A DNA stretch of 59,858 nt, the filler included, from Platydemus manokwari (lineage: Eukaryota): assembly GCA_037951405.1 (NCBI GenBank). It is 5 parts of 5 records of this genome, joined end to end, with 100 filler letters (N's around TTAATTAATTAA, not from the genome) between each part and the next. Parts side by side here need not be neighbours in the genome. Positions count along the whole stretch, not along the records: positions 37,551 to 50,297 come from JBBMOY011981378.1; positions 50,398 to 59,858 come from JBBMOY011246430.1; 3 more parts are not named here. One strand, given 5' to 3'. Positions 42,250 through 55,380 of this stretch are shown piece by piece. Positions within the stretch are counted from its first letter, which is position 1; the number at the start of each line of letters is the position of its first letter. Made by a program: the position numbers and the translations under genes. The notes below the pieces were generated by a model. It searched no databases. It was not told the origin of the DNA and saw only the letters and a program-made list of their open reading frames with translations.

Positions 42250-42870
42250 TTTTACAAGATCCATGATCTTAATTTTAACAAAATTTTCCTCTACCGAAAG
42301 GTTTGAAAGAGCAATCATTAGATTTATCGATTAAAACGGAATTGTGTCTTGTTTAAAAGTCTTTTATTGAAGTTATCAACAATTTGTAATATAAAAAGAG
42401 AAATTATCTATTTCATCAATTTATCAAATAAACCTTACTATCCTAGAAATTGTCAAAAATGAATTATTACCTTCAGTAATACAAACTTCAATGATAACAA
42501 ACAATGGCGTCATCAAAAAACATAATGAACAAATGATATTTAAAATCAATTGATGCACTTGGCTTTATGTCTAATAAATGGCATTGAACAATCAACGATA
42601 GTTTTATTTATATCAAGAATCTTGTATTTCAATTTCACACAGGCTGTTGCACAGGATCAAATTTATTTTTATTACGCTACAATTGGAGAAATAATATTTA
42701 AACATCAACACACACACATATTCCAAATGACAACGTGTGTTTAATAATATTTAGATTGTCTACAAATATTAGTTATCGTTTTCAATCAAATAAAACATTA
42801 AATTATTATTATGAATATTATTCAAGCTATTCTCATTTATTCCCAAAAATATTCAAAATTTTTCACTCAT
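42250..42870 (+). mobile_element. Decayed MULE/Mutator-like transposase
   Basis: Across frameshifts: KQWRHQ, IDALGFM...INDSFIYIK, YFYYATIG, RLSTN...LNYYY...SH..PKIF. This parallels MULE QA.WR / ALAF.P..I...F / YF..TWIG / RTTN..LN..HP.IF. Confidence 0.4.
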
Positions 42871-43199
42871 AGACACATCTAATTTCGATGCAGGCTCTCA
42901 ATATTTTCTACTCTGTGAGGATTTTCAAACAAAATAAAATTTGAATGATTATTTTAAATAGAAAATATATTGATGTTAAAAAATATAAATAATCGATTTA
43001 ATTTGTTTAAATATCCGTATCAAATACAGTTTTGTGGTTTGAAGTTCTTATATGTGTTTTCAATTCGAATTTTATGATTTAGTATCAGTTAACATGTTCG
43101 ATTCAAGTGCCAATCAATTTCAGTATTAATCATCACAAGAAGGGGTTGAACCGCCATATTCAATCAACTATAAATAATTCCAGAAATTTTATAACATAC

Positions 43200-43368
43200 T
43201 ATTATTATTATTATTGTTATTATTATAATTATTACTCTTATTATTATTACTATTATTATTGTTATAATTATTGTTATTATTAATATTATAATTGTTATTA
43301 TTATTGTTATTATTATTGTTATTATTATTAATATTATTATTGCTATTATTATTGTTAGTAATACTATT
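43200..43368. repeat. (ATT/GTT)n compound microsatellite
   Basis: Visible directly; the source of the poly-Asn ORF 43189..43383. Confidence 0.9.
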
Positions 43369-43374
43369 GTGAGT

Positions 43375-43787
43375 GTAGGCCACTACTGTTTTATAAAAAA
43401 CCCATCGAAAACGAACTGAAAAGACTCGACATTCAATTCTATTTTAAAAACAATTATTTAAATAATTAAAGAAAATTTAATTCCAAATTAAATTCATTAT
43501 AAATTTAAATTCAATTTAAAATCAAATTCAATACAACATTAAATTCAATGTAAAACTTAATTCAATATAAATCAAATTCTATACTATTTAAATTGAATTC
43601 AATTTGATATTCTCCCAGTGACCATTTAAAAGTTATAGGTTAAATATGATGTAAAATTTAATTTGATTTAAAATTTTTTGTATAAATCAAATTCATTGGT
43701 TTAAATAATTTTATTTAAATATAATTGGATGTCGTGACTTTTCAGTTCGTTTTCAATGAGTGATTTTTAAAAATAGTAGCGGCTTAC
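43375..43787. mobile_element. MITE/foldback element with long (~90-100 bp) terminal inverted repeats and internal ~16-bp aaattcaat repeats
   Basis: Left gtaggccactactgttttataaaaaacccatcgaaaacgaactgaaaagactcgacattcaatt approximately equals the reverse complement of the right end (aattggatgtcgtgacttttcagttcgttttcaatgagtgatttttaaaaatagtagcggcttac). Confidence 0.85.
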
Positions 43788-44399
43788 GATTATTATTATT
43801 ATTATTATTATTATTATTTTTTTTATTATTATTATTATTATTGAAAATATTATCATTATTATTATTCATATTATGATAATAGTTATTACTATTATTGATG
43901 AGCCTAAACATAAGCAAAATGAGATAAAACGATTAAAATGAAAGATAAAACAAATCCAATTAAGAGTAAAGAGTGAAATACAAATCTGATAATAGATAAT
44001 AACCAAAAAATAATGATAACTGCTCAGAATATAATTAAATTATTATCAAATAACATGTGGAATTTAAAATAAAATGGGATGGTAATCCATAAGGTTAAAT
44101 TAAATTATTTAGCTGAGTTAATTAATAAGTAGAAATAATAGCAATTTAAAGTGTGCAATAAAATTTTTCATCTACTTCCGGTAACTAAAAAAAACAACAG
44201 GGTGCACATAGAAGAGATGCACACGGTGAAAATAAATATATAAAGATAGAGTTAATTCCTTATTTTCGTCATTAAACGAGAAACCTCAAAAAGATAAAAT
44301 GCGATTTGTTAAAGTAGTTAGTCCTGCAATGAGAGTAAGAGCATTGTAAAAGGTAATTTTGTATTTACAGTGAGCTAATTAGTGACATTAACCAGGAAT

Positions 44400-44620
44400 A
44401 GATTCTGAGGTAACTTATTCAACAGAAGTATCGGCACTTGGTGTTTGCATCATCAAGGTAACTTTAATGGGACTTGTGTTCCCACAATGTTTGTATTTGG
44501 TGTAAATTGTAATAAAAATTATCTTAGACTGAATGACGTACTTGCTTTTATTGAGTGTGTACCAGGATTGAAGCAGGAATCAGATCAGAAAAATAAGACT
44601 GAGCCGTTAAGTTAGAGCAG
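44400..44620 (+). mobile_element. LTR-retrotransposon remnant (protease-like segment plus LTR motif shared with 26807-26843)
   Basis: VSALGVCIIKVTLMGLVFPQCLYLV*IVIKIILD resembles a retropepsin C-terminal half; cagatcagaaaaataagactgagccgttaagttagag resembles 26807-26843. Confidence 0.35.
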
Positions 44621-46429
44621 TTCAAAATTTAGCATTATTATTAATAATATTAATATAGCTAGAGCATAGACACTTCCAGGCATAGTATTTATTTAAAAAA
44701 CTACACTAATCCGCCAATCAATTATCTAAACAAATACAACGTGTTTCTTTATTTAATCACGTTACTTATATTATTAACATTATTATTACCATTATTATTA
44801 ATAATATAATAATAATAATTTTTATTTTTATGTTTCTGATTAGTTTTCTAATATTATTAATTTTTATTATTATTAATTTAGAGTTTTATTGTATTTTTAT
44901 TAATTTCATTGTTTTTACAATAATAATATATTTTGTTTTTGTTGGTATTATTATAATTTTTATTATTATTGTAATTATTATTATTATTTTATAGTAATTG
45001 AAATAATAATAATTATTTCGAATATTATTATGACATTTGCTGTCATTTTTAGTGTTATTAATAATATTATTGTTATTTTAAACACACTATTATCAACAAG
45101 TGTGCTTTATGTATTGATTTTATTATTAATTTCACTGTTATTAGGATTGTTAATAATACAATTTAATTTTAAATTTTAGTTTTATTATAGAAATTACAAT
45201 AAATAATAATAACACGATTATTAATGAAATGTATTTATAATATAAAATTATAATGATAAGTAAACAAAATAATCATAATATTAATTAAAATATTATAAAT
45301 AATAATAATAAATTATAAGTTATTCATATATTTTAATTAATAATTTCCTAAAAAACAAAATCCTCAAATAAAACCCACATAAACTCAAATAAAATCGATG
45401 AAGTGTGATAATTATTCCTGTTTTTACACGCCTATTATCATTCAAGAATTAATGGTCAACTCAAATCATATTATTTAAATGCAACAGGTTTTTGCTGATG
45501 AAAAAACTTTCGTTGAAAAACTTTCTAAATTTAGAAAAATATTAAATCACGTCCTTAAGATGAGATTAAACAAGCAGAAATAATGCGGAATAATTTTTAA
45601 TCACACTCACAACTCATAAGGCTAAATATGGAAATATGAATATCATCATAAAGAAATGGGAGGTGAAATTAAAATCGAAAATCTTTTAACAAATTCAGCT
45701 TATCTTTTAATCATTGAAAAAAAACCAACAAATCCGATAAAGAAGTGAACCAATCAAATGTTTGTAATATTAATTAATATTATAAAAATCAATATTAAAC
45801 TAAATTTACCTACATTTAAATTTTGTTTTATCAATCGTTCGTCATTTAATTTCAACAATTATTTAAATATCCACTCCAATAATTTTAACCACTTATTTAT
45901 TTTGTGAAATACCATTTCGAGATAAAATCGTGTATGTACGATGCGAGAATTATAAAATTTTTGAGAATAATTCCACATTAAAATTAAAATGATCGATATT
46001 ATTCATGTTAAACATTGAAAATAACTTGATTTGTTTAAATGTTGGTATAAAATAAGTTATTGTTGAAATTCTAAAAATTCAAACCAAGTAAAAAATTATA
46101 GAAAAATAAGGCTTAAGTTGAGAAAAAGCATTCTTCGGCCTGCTATCGTTATAATGAGTTTTAGCAATGAGATAATTTTATGACTTAATTTTATATATAA
46201 CTGTTATGTTTGATTTATTCTTATAATTCATTAAATATGTCATTTTTTAACATATCTACTAGTGACAAAACATAGTTTTAAAACCAAGCTCCCATTCTAA
46301 TCACAACACTTCTATCTGATTATTTGAGTTTTTAAATTTAAATTTTTATAATTATAAATCGAGCTAGTTAATTACAGACATGTTTAATAATATCATTGGT
46401 TATTTTTTTAAAATAATTGTAACAATTGA

Positions 46430-47035
46430 GAATATCTCCCAATTTGTTTCTAATGTTAAAAAAGGAGTACTCACTAATTTCCAATAAATTCCAATCTAAT
46501 TTTAGGTATTTTTTATGCAAGTGACTTACAAAAAGTATATTAGCAAAATGACATTCATAAGCAAATCAACGATGAACAATTTTTATTAAAATAAAACGAA
46601 GAATTTAAAATTATTTATTATGGCACAAAATTTGGAAGTTTTGAATAATACACACCGATAAATAAACAAATTGGCATATATATCGTCGTAGAAATTGATG
46701 AAACCTATTTTGGAAAGGCCAAATATAAAAACAAACGTCGAAGACACGGTATTTGAGATTTTGAAATACTGGAGAGAAAGAATCTAAGCGCATCGGCTTT
46801 TACAGTAATAAATACAATTTAAATAGAAATTTTATATTTAAAATGATACTTTTATTTAATTGTAAATTTGTGAAACCATGATCCATAATAATACATAAGG
46901 ATTGTAATGTTGTTTTTTCATTTTACATTTAAAATTGGATTTAAAGCAAAAATTGCACTAAATTATGATTAAAAATAAATTTCTATATTAAATTATACAC
47001 GAAAATGCATTACATTAAAATGGGGTCAAAGAACC
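46430..47035 (+). mobile_element. Merlin (IS1016/ISXO2-like) DNA transposon, pseudogenised transposase
   Basis: 46677-46815: IYIVVEIDETYFGKAKYKNKRRRHGI*DFEILER, then LLFNCKFVKP*SIIIHKDC. These match Merlin VEIDE(S/T).FGK.KY..GR...G.WVFG..ER and I.PGS.I.SD. Possible right TIR ...ggggtcaaagaacc at ~47035. Confidence 0.8.
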
Positions 47036-47599
47036 CTTTTTCTTAACTTAAGCCAAAGATTCAATTTATCCAAAACATTACTTCATAAAATATTTCAAAT
47101 ATACATTTAAAGACGTGCTTTTATCACGTTCCTATTAATATTCGGTTAATATATATGAAAATCCGATGATCACGAATAATGGCGTTTGCTATTAGTAGCT
47201 ACTTTTGGATAAAAATCCATTGTCATTTTTCCACAAACCACGTATCCTGTTCTTTGAACAATTATTTTTATCAATATATTCCGTGTCTGCTAGTCAAAAA
47301 TCAATATGTTTTTACACCGTTCATGTTGCATGATCGTATTCGCAGACTTTCTCATATGCTAGTAACCAGCTGTCAACCAGTAAAGAAATAATTATCCAAT
47401 ACATGTAACTATTTATTTTGAAATCACTCAAATTTTCTGACTGTAAAACATGTTTTACACAGAAATGAAACATACTATTCATAAGTAGTATGTATGCAAA
47501 TTAAGAGGTATATAAATAAAATAACACAAAAATCAATTTTGGTCTAGGAAAGCAAATACTTTTACGATAGTGTTATTTTTACAAGGGTTCGCCATCAAT

Positions 47600-49000
47600 A
47601 TTATCTTCGCCCTTCTACTATAAACGAAACAATTATACTTTTTCTTCTCTTATAACTGTCTTAATGACTTCTATTGATTGTGTTCAGCAATTCCTCTACG
47701 ATAATTTTCTTTTTATCTGGTTTTCATAATTTCTATTAAAGACTCGTTTATCTCTGTTGGTTCTTGTTTTCGTTCTGAAAGTCCTCAGTCAAATTACCTT
47801 GTCGCAGATCAATTAGCTTTTCCATTTTCTTCTTGTTCATGGCAGTAATCAGGGTTATTTGGCCAAATCACGAAATTCTACTAATGGTAATCTTAATCGG
47901 ATTGCCAATGTATTTATATTGATTTACTTGCATCACTGTGCAATAAACCAATCGGTTCTATTTTCAAACGTCAAATTTCTACCAATTTTACTAAATTGCT
48001 GTTATTCTGTCTCTAAATCGCATTACTTTCACTGTGCAGTAATAATCCATTGTCCAATTCTTTATCTTGTTTTTTTATCCAGAATAATCAATAGCTTTTA
48101 TTTTTTTCTTATCTCTCAAAACCTGATGATTTCTATATCTGTTGGTTTTGATTATTATTATTTCTAGAACTTGTCTCTAATTATTATAGTAGTTACTTAA
48201 ATAATTCCATTAAGAAACCACAAACTTCTTGCATTTGGGCTTTATATGGTTTTTCTTATTTAACATTTTAGCTATTGATTTTTGAACTAGGACTATCGTC
48301 GTCTTAATCAGTCTCTGTGAGTATTTGATCAAGGTCTCAGGTCATAGTGTAACCTTATTATTATTTTCTTTCTTCACCTCACGCTCAATATCTTATAAAG
48401 ACGATAAAATAGGCAACGATGTTCTATTAATTATTGTCAACAGTCTGATCAGTTCCTTAACGCCTCTAAATGTTATTTCTAATCCTATTTTTCTATTTCT
48501 ATTATTCTAATCAATAAGAAACAAATTCTTTGATTTTATAAAAGTCCTTTGCATCAAGATTGACACTGACAACTAAAATAACATCAATAAAATTGACAAT
48601 TTATTTTACCAATGCATTAAACTATTAATCCTATTGACGAATCTTACGAAATTTAAGAGTGAGTTGCTGTTTGTATGCTCTACGCTGTTGGGGAAAAACC
48701 TTTTACCGAAAGATATTTCAGACAAAAATAATATCATATCAATAAGCTGGTTACAATATTGGACCTTACGGGCTTAGTATCAATTATCTGCAAAACTCGT
48801 AAGGCATAAAACAAATAATAGTAGATGTTGATAGATTTACGCTTTTCAAAATAATAGAGTTCTTCCTAGTGGTTCCTCCAATAATGAGCATAGACCTTTC
48901 TCCTATTTACATGGTTTCTACTGTGTGTGGGTTAACCTCTCTTTTTATTTTTATTGGAACAAATTACTCTCGAAGTTCTCCAAGGATTTTCAAAAAAAAA
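47600..49000 (-). mobile_element. Decayed Ty3/Gypsy pol (RT and integrase C-terminal remnants)
   Basis: IVNFIDVILVVS (eroded YxDD-IL), GVKELIRLL, and VMQVNQYKY (GPY/F domain); homologous to 29340-29650. Confidence 0.5.
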
Positions 49001-49683
49001 CACTATTATTCTATTTCGAAGGCAAATATTATATTATTTTTTTTATTTTAATCGTCAACTTACTCCACAATATTTTCTTGTTAACAATACTTCTCTTTTT
49101 TATTTGCCAAGCGTCTTGTCAAAGGATTAAATTATTTTTACAAGACTGTTTAAAATAATACGACAAAAATATTTTGTGCAATACAAACAGTATTCCAATC
49201 TAACAGCCAATACTACCACTTAGCATAAATATTTTCGTGAGTAAGTAAATAAAAATTATAAGGTAAAATTATAATATTACGAATTTCCACAATGCAACGC
49301 AGACATACAGGTAAGTAAACATTGTATTATAAATAATACAAGGTTGTAATGATAATGGTTTGAAGTAAAAAATATAAATATACCACAATATAAAATGTTC
49401 ATGCAATAAATTACAGATATACATTTATCTAGATAAAATATTCGCTACCAAATATACATTTATGTATGTATTCATTGAAATCCCCAGCAAGCCTGCTAGT
49501 GCTGTACTCGGCTCAGGTGGTGCATGGGAGAGTAAAATAGTCGAGGTTAAACCCCTGCAAGCAACAATCCAATTTCCATCAACACAAATAACATCAAAAG
49601 AATTTCATATATTGAATAAGTAGAGTCAAAAAGAGACAGAGTTCAAGAGGGCGATAAAAACCCACATCATAAGTCGACAGTGG

Positions 49684-50284
49684 AAAACATAGGTAAAGTG
49701 GAACTGGAGCGTGGATTTAGAGACTTGAAATCAGTGAAAGATTCAGGTAAATATTCGTCATACTCCTTCAATTGGAATATTTATTCAATCTGCAAATCGA
49801 CCAATTCCAAAACGCTCAATAGCAATCTCGAAAAACAACGGCGAACATTTGTCATTCAATTTTTTACTATTTTGATTTTGACCTTCATTTTTATTTTGTT
49901 ATTATCTCATAAACGATGAATTATTTGTGAATGGCAATTGACTGTGCAAAAATATATATTACTATTATTCGTGTAGAATTAGATATAAATTTAAACAAGA
50001 TAAATATTTTAAGATAATCAGATAATTAAATTAAATTAAATAAGAAAGAATAAAAAAAAGATTAATTAATATTTTTAAACTTTGATAATTTATGTAGTGA
50101 AATTTATAATGTCACCAAGATTTAATAGATTTTTAAGGTCAAAGTAATAAAAATGATAAAAATTTGCGAGAGTGATGGAGAAATCAGACGTACAAAGTAC
50201 CGAGCTTCAGCAACTATATAAGCTGATGGATTTTCATCATAAATCACTCTCATAAATTGGAAAGGAGTAAATCGAATTGAATAC
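49684..50284 (-). CDS. Possible last two exons of an unidentified gene at the contig edge
   Basis: ag|..YSIRFTPFQFMRVIYDENPSAYIVAEARYF|gtacgt, then a candidate terminal exon ag|EYDEYLPESFTDFKSLNPRSSSTLPMFSTVDL*; no family recognised. Confidence 0.3.
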
Positions 50285-50297
50285 CTAGCTAATGAAT

Positions 50298-50397
50298 NNN
50301 NNNNNNNNNNNNNNNNNNNNNNNNNNNNNNNNNNNNNNNNNTTAATTAATTAANNNNNNNNNNNNNNNNNNNNNNNNNNNNNNNNNNNNNNNNNNNN
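50298..50397. other. Artificial contig-join spacer
   Basis: N44-TTAATTAATTAA-N44. Confidence 0.97.
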
Positions 50398-50966
50398 TTT
50401 TATTCTAAGTCATGAATTGTTATTTCAGTAAGTATCCCAAAAAATCAACCAGTTTTTTCAATAAGAAAATCTTATTATCATAATCCAATAAGCAATGTGA
50501 TATGTCAAAACATCATAGTCCATGAAATTTTATAAGTTAAAAATTATTAGATTATGTTTTGATATTTATCAACGAGATATTTTAAAAAATAATTTGGGAA
50601 ATTATGATTTATAATTTTATTTAAATCGAATACAAAGCTAAAATATTTTTATATAATGTAATATTACTGATAAATATATTAACATTAATTTCAAGATTTA
50701 CTTATTTATAATTCCTTTATCACGATTATTTTTCTACATTATTCAAAAATGGTCGATACTCATGTTTTACTATATTTCAAAAGTACAGTTAATAAATATG
50801 AAATTTTAAAAATTGCACCCATATAATTGAATTTGAAACATAATTTTATCGTTATTGCAGAGAATTTTTAATTTATTTTAAATTATAAAATCAAATATAA
50901 ACATTTAAAAATAAATAGACTTTGTAAAAATTGAATTTAGTTTGTTTTAAATTTACTAAAATATCA

Positions 50967-51858
50967 ATGTCTCAAATTAGTTTAGATTTTTATTGCTATA
51001 AATGCGATTCATATTTTATTCTTAGAGATATTAAAGTTAAACATTTTTGAGTATTTTTATTTGTAATCTTGTGTAATTAGGATCCTTCTTGTGAATTTTG
51101 TCACGATTCATTCGTTGTATCATCGAAAGAGTAGTTTTGACAATTAATATATATTTATTAAGTCTTCGTTAGACATGAAATATTAGAATTTGATGATAAT
51201 GAATACGACGAAATTGATGAAGATTATTATAAAGTTGGAAAATATCCTAGAAGTAGAAACGAAAGGTATATTGGAAAAGCAACTGCTTACAATGTATTTT
51301 CTAATATTTTAGAAAAAATAATTTTATTATAATTAGAACAATCTTACAAATCTTGGAAGTAAAGTATATTTAACACACAATTCTAACATGAACAGGTTAT
51401 TTCAAAGTCAAGGTAATTGAATTAAACTATTAAATTTCTCTATATCTGACGTATTTTAACAGCAGAAATTTCTAATAGTCCTTTTAAACCAATAACTAAT
51501 GAACAAATGGATAGTTTACCTACAGTAGAAATGTGTAGTAGTGGTGTTTCATGCTCAATTTGTTTTATGGAATTCTCAGAGAGCATCGATATAGTGAAAT
51601 CATTATATTGTGGTCATCAATTTCATAAGACATGCTTGAAGAGCTGGCTATGCCAAGTAACTACCACATGTTTGTTATTTTATAAATGTTTCTAAATTTT
51701 AGAAGCTAGAATGTCCTACTTGTCGTCATTTGGTTTCGTTTCAAACAAATACAAATAAAAGATCATTTTCAAGTATTGTTATTGATGGTACCAGATCGAA
51801 TTGCAACGAATCATCAGCATTTGTTACAAATTTTGGAATTGATGCAGAAGAGAAATAA
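50967..51858 (+). CDS. RNF126/RNF115(BCA2)-like E3 ligase: N-terminal zinc ribbon + C-terminal RING-H2
   Basis: Exon 1 50967-51035 FYCYKC; exon 2 51081-51130 CEFCHDSFV; RING-H2 MDSLPTV...CSICFMEF...LYCGHQFHKTCLKSWLCQ|KLECPTCR; stop at 51856-58. Boundaries of the middle micro-exons are uncertain. Confidence 0.85.
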
Positions 51859-53699
51859 TGTGTAAAATAAACGCTTATTCTACTAATTTAGTACTACTAA
51901 TAATTTTTCATTATATATTTCCTTATTAAAATTATTTCGATGTTCGTCTTAGCTATTACATCTATTATTTGAAATAATTTGTAAAAATATTTCTCGTCAC
52001 AAGCATCCTGAATCAATGTTATGTAGTTTCTTAATATATAATTAAATTTTGTCGATGTTTGTATTGCTCATGTTATGTTATGAAAAATTGGATTTCCTAA
52101 TCTGATAAAAATGTCATAATTGGTTGATGTTGCTCATATGAGTGCTTTGTTCCGCTTTATATAATAATTAAACCTTTAATGTATTTTACCATTATGGAAT
52201 TGTACACGTACAATTGGAATCGAATGGATAACAATATTATTTAGCCAATTATCAAATTAATATGGGCGAATTCGATAATATTTGGTGTGAGTTTTATAAG
52301 ATTTTTTTGATATGTTAATACCTTGAAAATTTAATGAAATGATATTTGGATTTTTCATGTTAAGAAAAATTGGATTTTCCAAAGGAGAGTCATGGATAAA
52401 ATCTTTAATAATTGCGACTCGTTTGAGATCCTTAATTCGATTACTTTATAATTATAGTTCTAATATTCAATTATAACTACATTACTCATCTCATTTTGAA
52501 ATATCCGATGATTTTAAATCTTATTTCAGAACAAGTAAACAAAATTCATCGTAATACAACGTCGATACGAGGAATTAATATATTATGTAACGTTTTACCG
52601 AAATTTATCTTCGTATTTATAGATGAGTATCATATCTTATGAATGTTATGACTGTTATATAGTAAATATAAAATAAATAAAAAATTAAAATCAATAAATT
52701 CTTTTTAAAAGAGACGGAAAACAATGACATTTCAATGACAGAATATTTAAACAATTCAGATGACATTGAAATGCCACACGCGATTTATATATTGGAAGCA
52801 GCCAGATTATTGGTCTTCATTTCGCCATTATCCGGATACAGCAATAAAATAAATGTTGCTGTTGAAAGTAAATCCACGTCAGTTTGTTATAAAAACGCGT
52901 ACAAGAAAAAAATAATATAGATGAATAAGATGTGTCGATACAAACTATCGTGAAAGCCAATGCGTATTTTAGTGTTTGTTGCCTGTTATTGGTATGCGCC
53001 AATTGATTATTGAATTCTAAAATAGATTGATATATAAGAAGAATCTGAGTGGCTACTGGCATGAACGCTTATGAAACCCGCGTGTATCAAAACTTGAAGT
53101 TATTTCCATGAATATTTTGGTTGCTTAGGTGACCTCCTTACTAATCTTCCATTTCCTTAAGATTTTGGGACAAAATCTTAAGTCCCGTTAGTTGTCCTGT
53201 TATTTATTGTTCCGTTTGGAGGGGTTCAAAGAAGTAATAAATACTAGGCTGTCTATATGTTTTCTGATACAACTAAATACTAATCATAATGATTCTGCCG
53301 TCAATAATAAGAAAAGTTATTTCAAATATATAATTAGTTAATGTATTAGTAATGTGATTAAATCATGGTTTTGATTATTTAAATTTTCATTGATGAGACT
53401 TGGCTCAAGACTATTGTTATAGTTTTATTTAATAAATGAAAAGAATCAAAATTTTGGTGTTATACGAATACGAATAAGACGGCAATTACTATAATACTAT
53501 TTATAATGAACATTGCTATTTTAGTTCCCAACACAATCTACACCTCTCAGATAGGTACGAAGTGTTCGTACTTTATTTTAACGATAATAATTAAAATATA
53601 AATATTCAAGGTGATCATGAACTATTCTGAAAAATATTATCAAAATAAATATTCAATAAAATAATTCGACTGAAAATAAGCTTTATCAAATAGAATAAA

Positions 53700-53880
53700 T
53701 AGGATCTCAAAGGCCCTTAGGATATATAATGTTACTAGTATTGACGTTCAGACCCTTCAATAAAAACATTCAAGTGTTCACAACCAAGTAGCTAGACACC
53801 CATATGATAATAAACGAAGATAGTCGATAATTACTAGGAACCTTAGAGATTTAGATAAACCACGCAGGTATCATGATAGC
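53700..53880 (+). mobile_element. Gypsy pol 3' end remnant (GPY/F region)
   Basis: LKGP*DI..., QV..HNQ-like segment, and terminal KPRRYHD. Confidence 0.3.
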
Positions 53881-55380
53881 TGTGGGTGTATAATAATATA
53901 TAATAAATTAACTCATAATTTGGGATGTAAAATTGTTTCGTTAAATAAATGCTTTTAAAAATTTGGTTTCGCCAATAAATCTTTCGGTGAATATTGTTTC
54001 GTCCAAAGTTTCTTCTTATAATAATGACAATAAAGCTTCTTACTAAATTCGATTTAACTTCGTAAATAGTTCAATAAATGGTCGTGTGAGGTAAAGTGAG
54101 AGCCGACTGAATTCATATGCGCTAATATAGAGATTTTATAGGTCCCATGAGTCATTTCTATTTCGTTGCTATTTTAGCAACTCTTAAGATGTCATGTTTA
54201 AATTAACAACATTATGAGGACCTTAAATAAATAAATTGAACTATACTATTTTTTGTAATGGCGTGGTTACTAAAAAGAGATTTTAAAATAAATATATTTA
54301 ACGATCTTGAGACTGTTTAAATAAAAATAATTTTTTGGGGTAAAACTAATTTATTGTTTAATTTATTTGTCTAAATTTTTATAGATAAGTCTTTATCGAT
54401 TTATGATTAAGTGATAACTGGTTCACATTAAAGCAATTTTACAAATCATTGAGCATAATAATTCCAATGTTTATTAGGAAATATTTATAAAGTTGATAAA
54501 GAAAACAATCAAAATAAAAAAATAATAATTTTTAATAAATTCATCAGTGAACAATACATAATATTTAATTATGATAAGCTGACAAATGAAATATAAAATA
54601 GTAATAATAATAATAATAGTAACGAGGATGATAATAATTATAATAATAATGATAATAAGTAGTAACAATGAATGAATTTATTATTAATCACTATTATATT
54701 AGTGAAAATTCTTCATCAATTTCGCTTAACAATTTAAATAATTAAATTAAAATTCATTAAAATTGCAGTTCCATAACTAAATTCCTAAAATCGGTGACTG
54801 TATATTCCAATCAATATTAATATTACTGATGCCAAAATCCTCAATTATATATTTAATAAAACTATCTACATTATTCAACTGTATATTATTAAAAAAATTA
54901 AATATGTGCAAAAATAAATGAATTTCATTTAAAATAAATTCATCAACAAACCATGTCCAAGTTAATAATTATTTTATTATACAAAATATAAAATAAGGAA
55001 AAACACTTTTTGAAAACAATAATAACATTAATTCAACAAGTAACAAATAATTACAAACATAAAACCAATATAAAAACACCAATAAACCAATAATTTTATC
55101 TGCTTTGATATCGTCATTGAGTGTTGTACTCACAATTTATTTCGATTACTAAATAATCCTGGTGGTTCACTAATATCGTCGTCATCATGTTGCAATTCTT
55201 TCAAGGTTTTCGGTTGAACATTTTATATAATTGAATTTGTCACATTTGACAATTTCGATTTGATATTGTTAGTTTTTCATAATTAATTACTATGAAATGT
55301 TAACTGATGAATTCATTACAAATTATGATTATGATTATTATGATTATTATTAATATTATATTTATTATTATTATTATTAA

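Noticed and set aside
43090-43170. gttcgattc as a tRNA T-loop
   Set aside because: No cloverleaf stems or A-box; no tRNA, rRNA or snRNA gene could be supported anywhere in the window
52735-52920. 61-aa ORF as a hAT dimerisation domain or small gene
   Set aside because: Lacks the SERxFS motif and has no supporting splice structure
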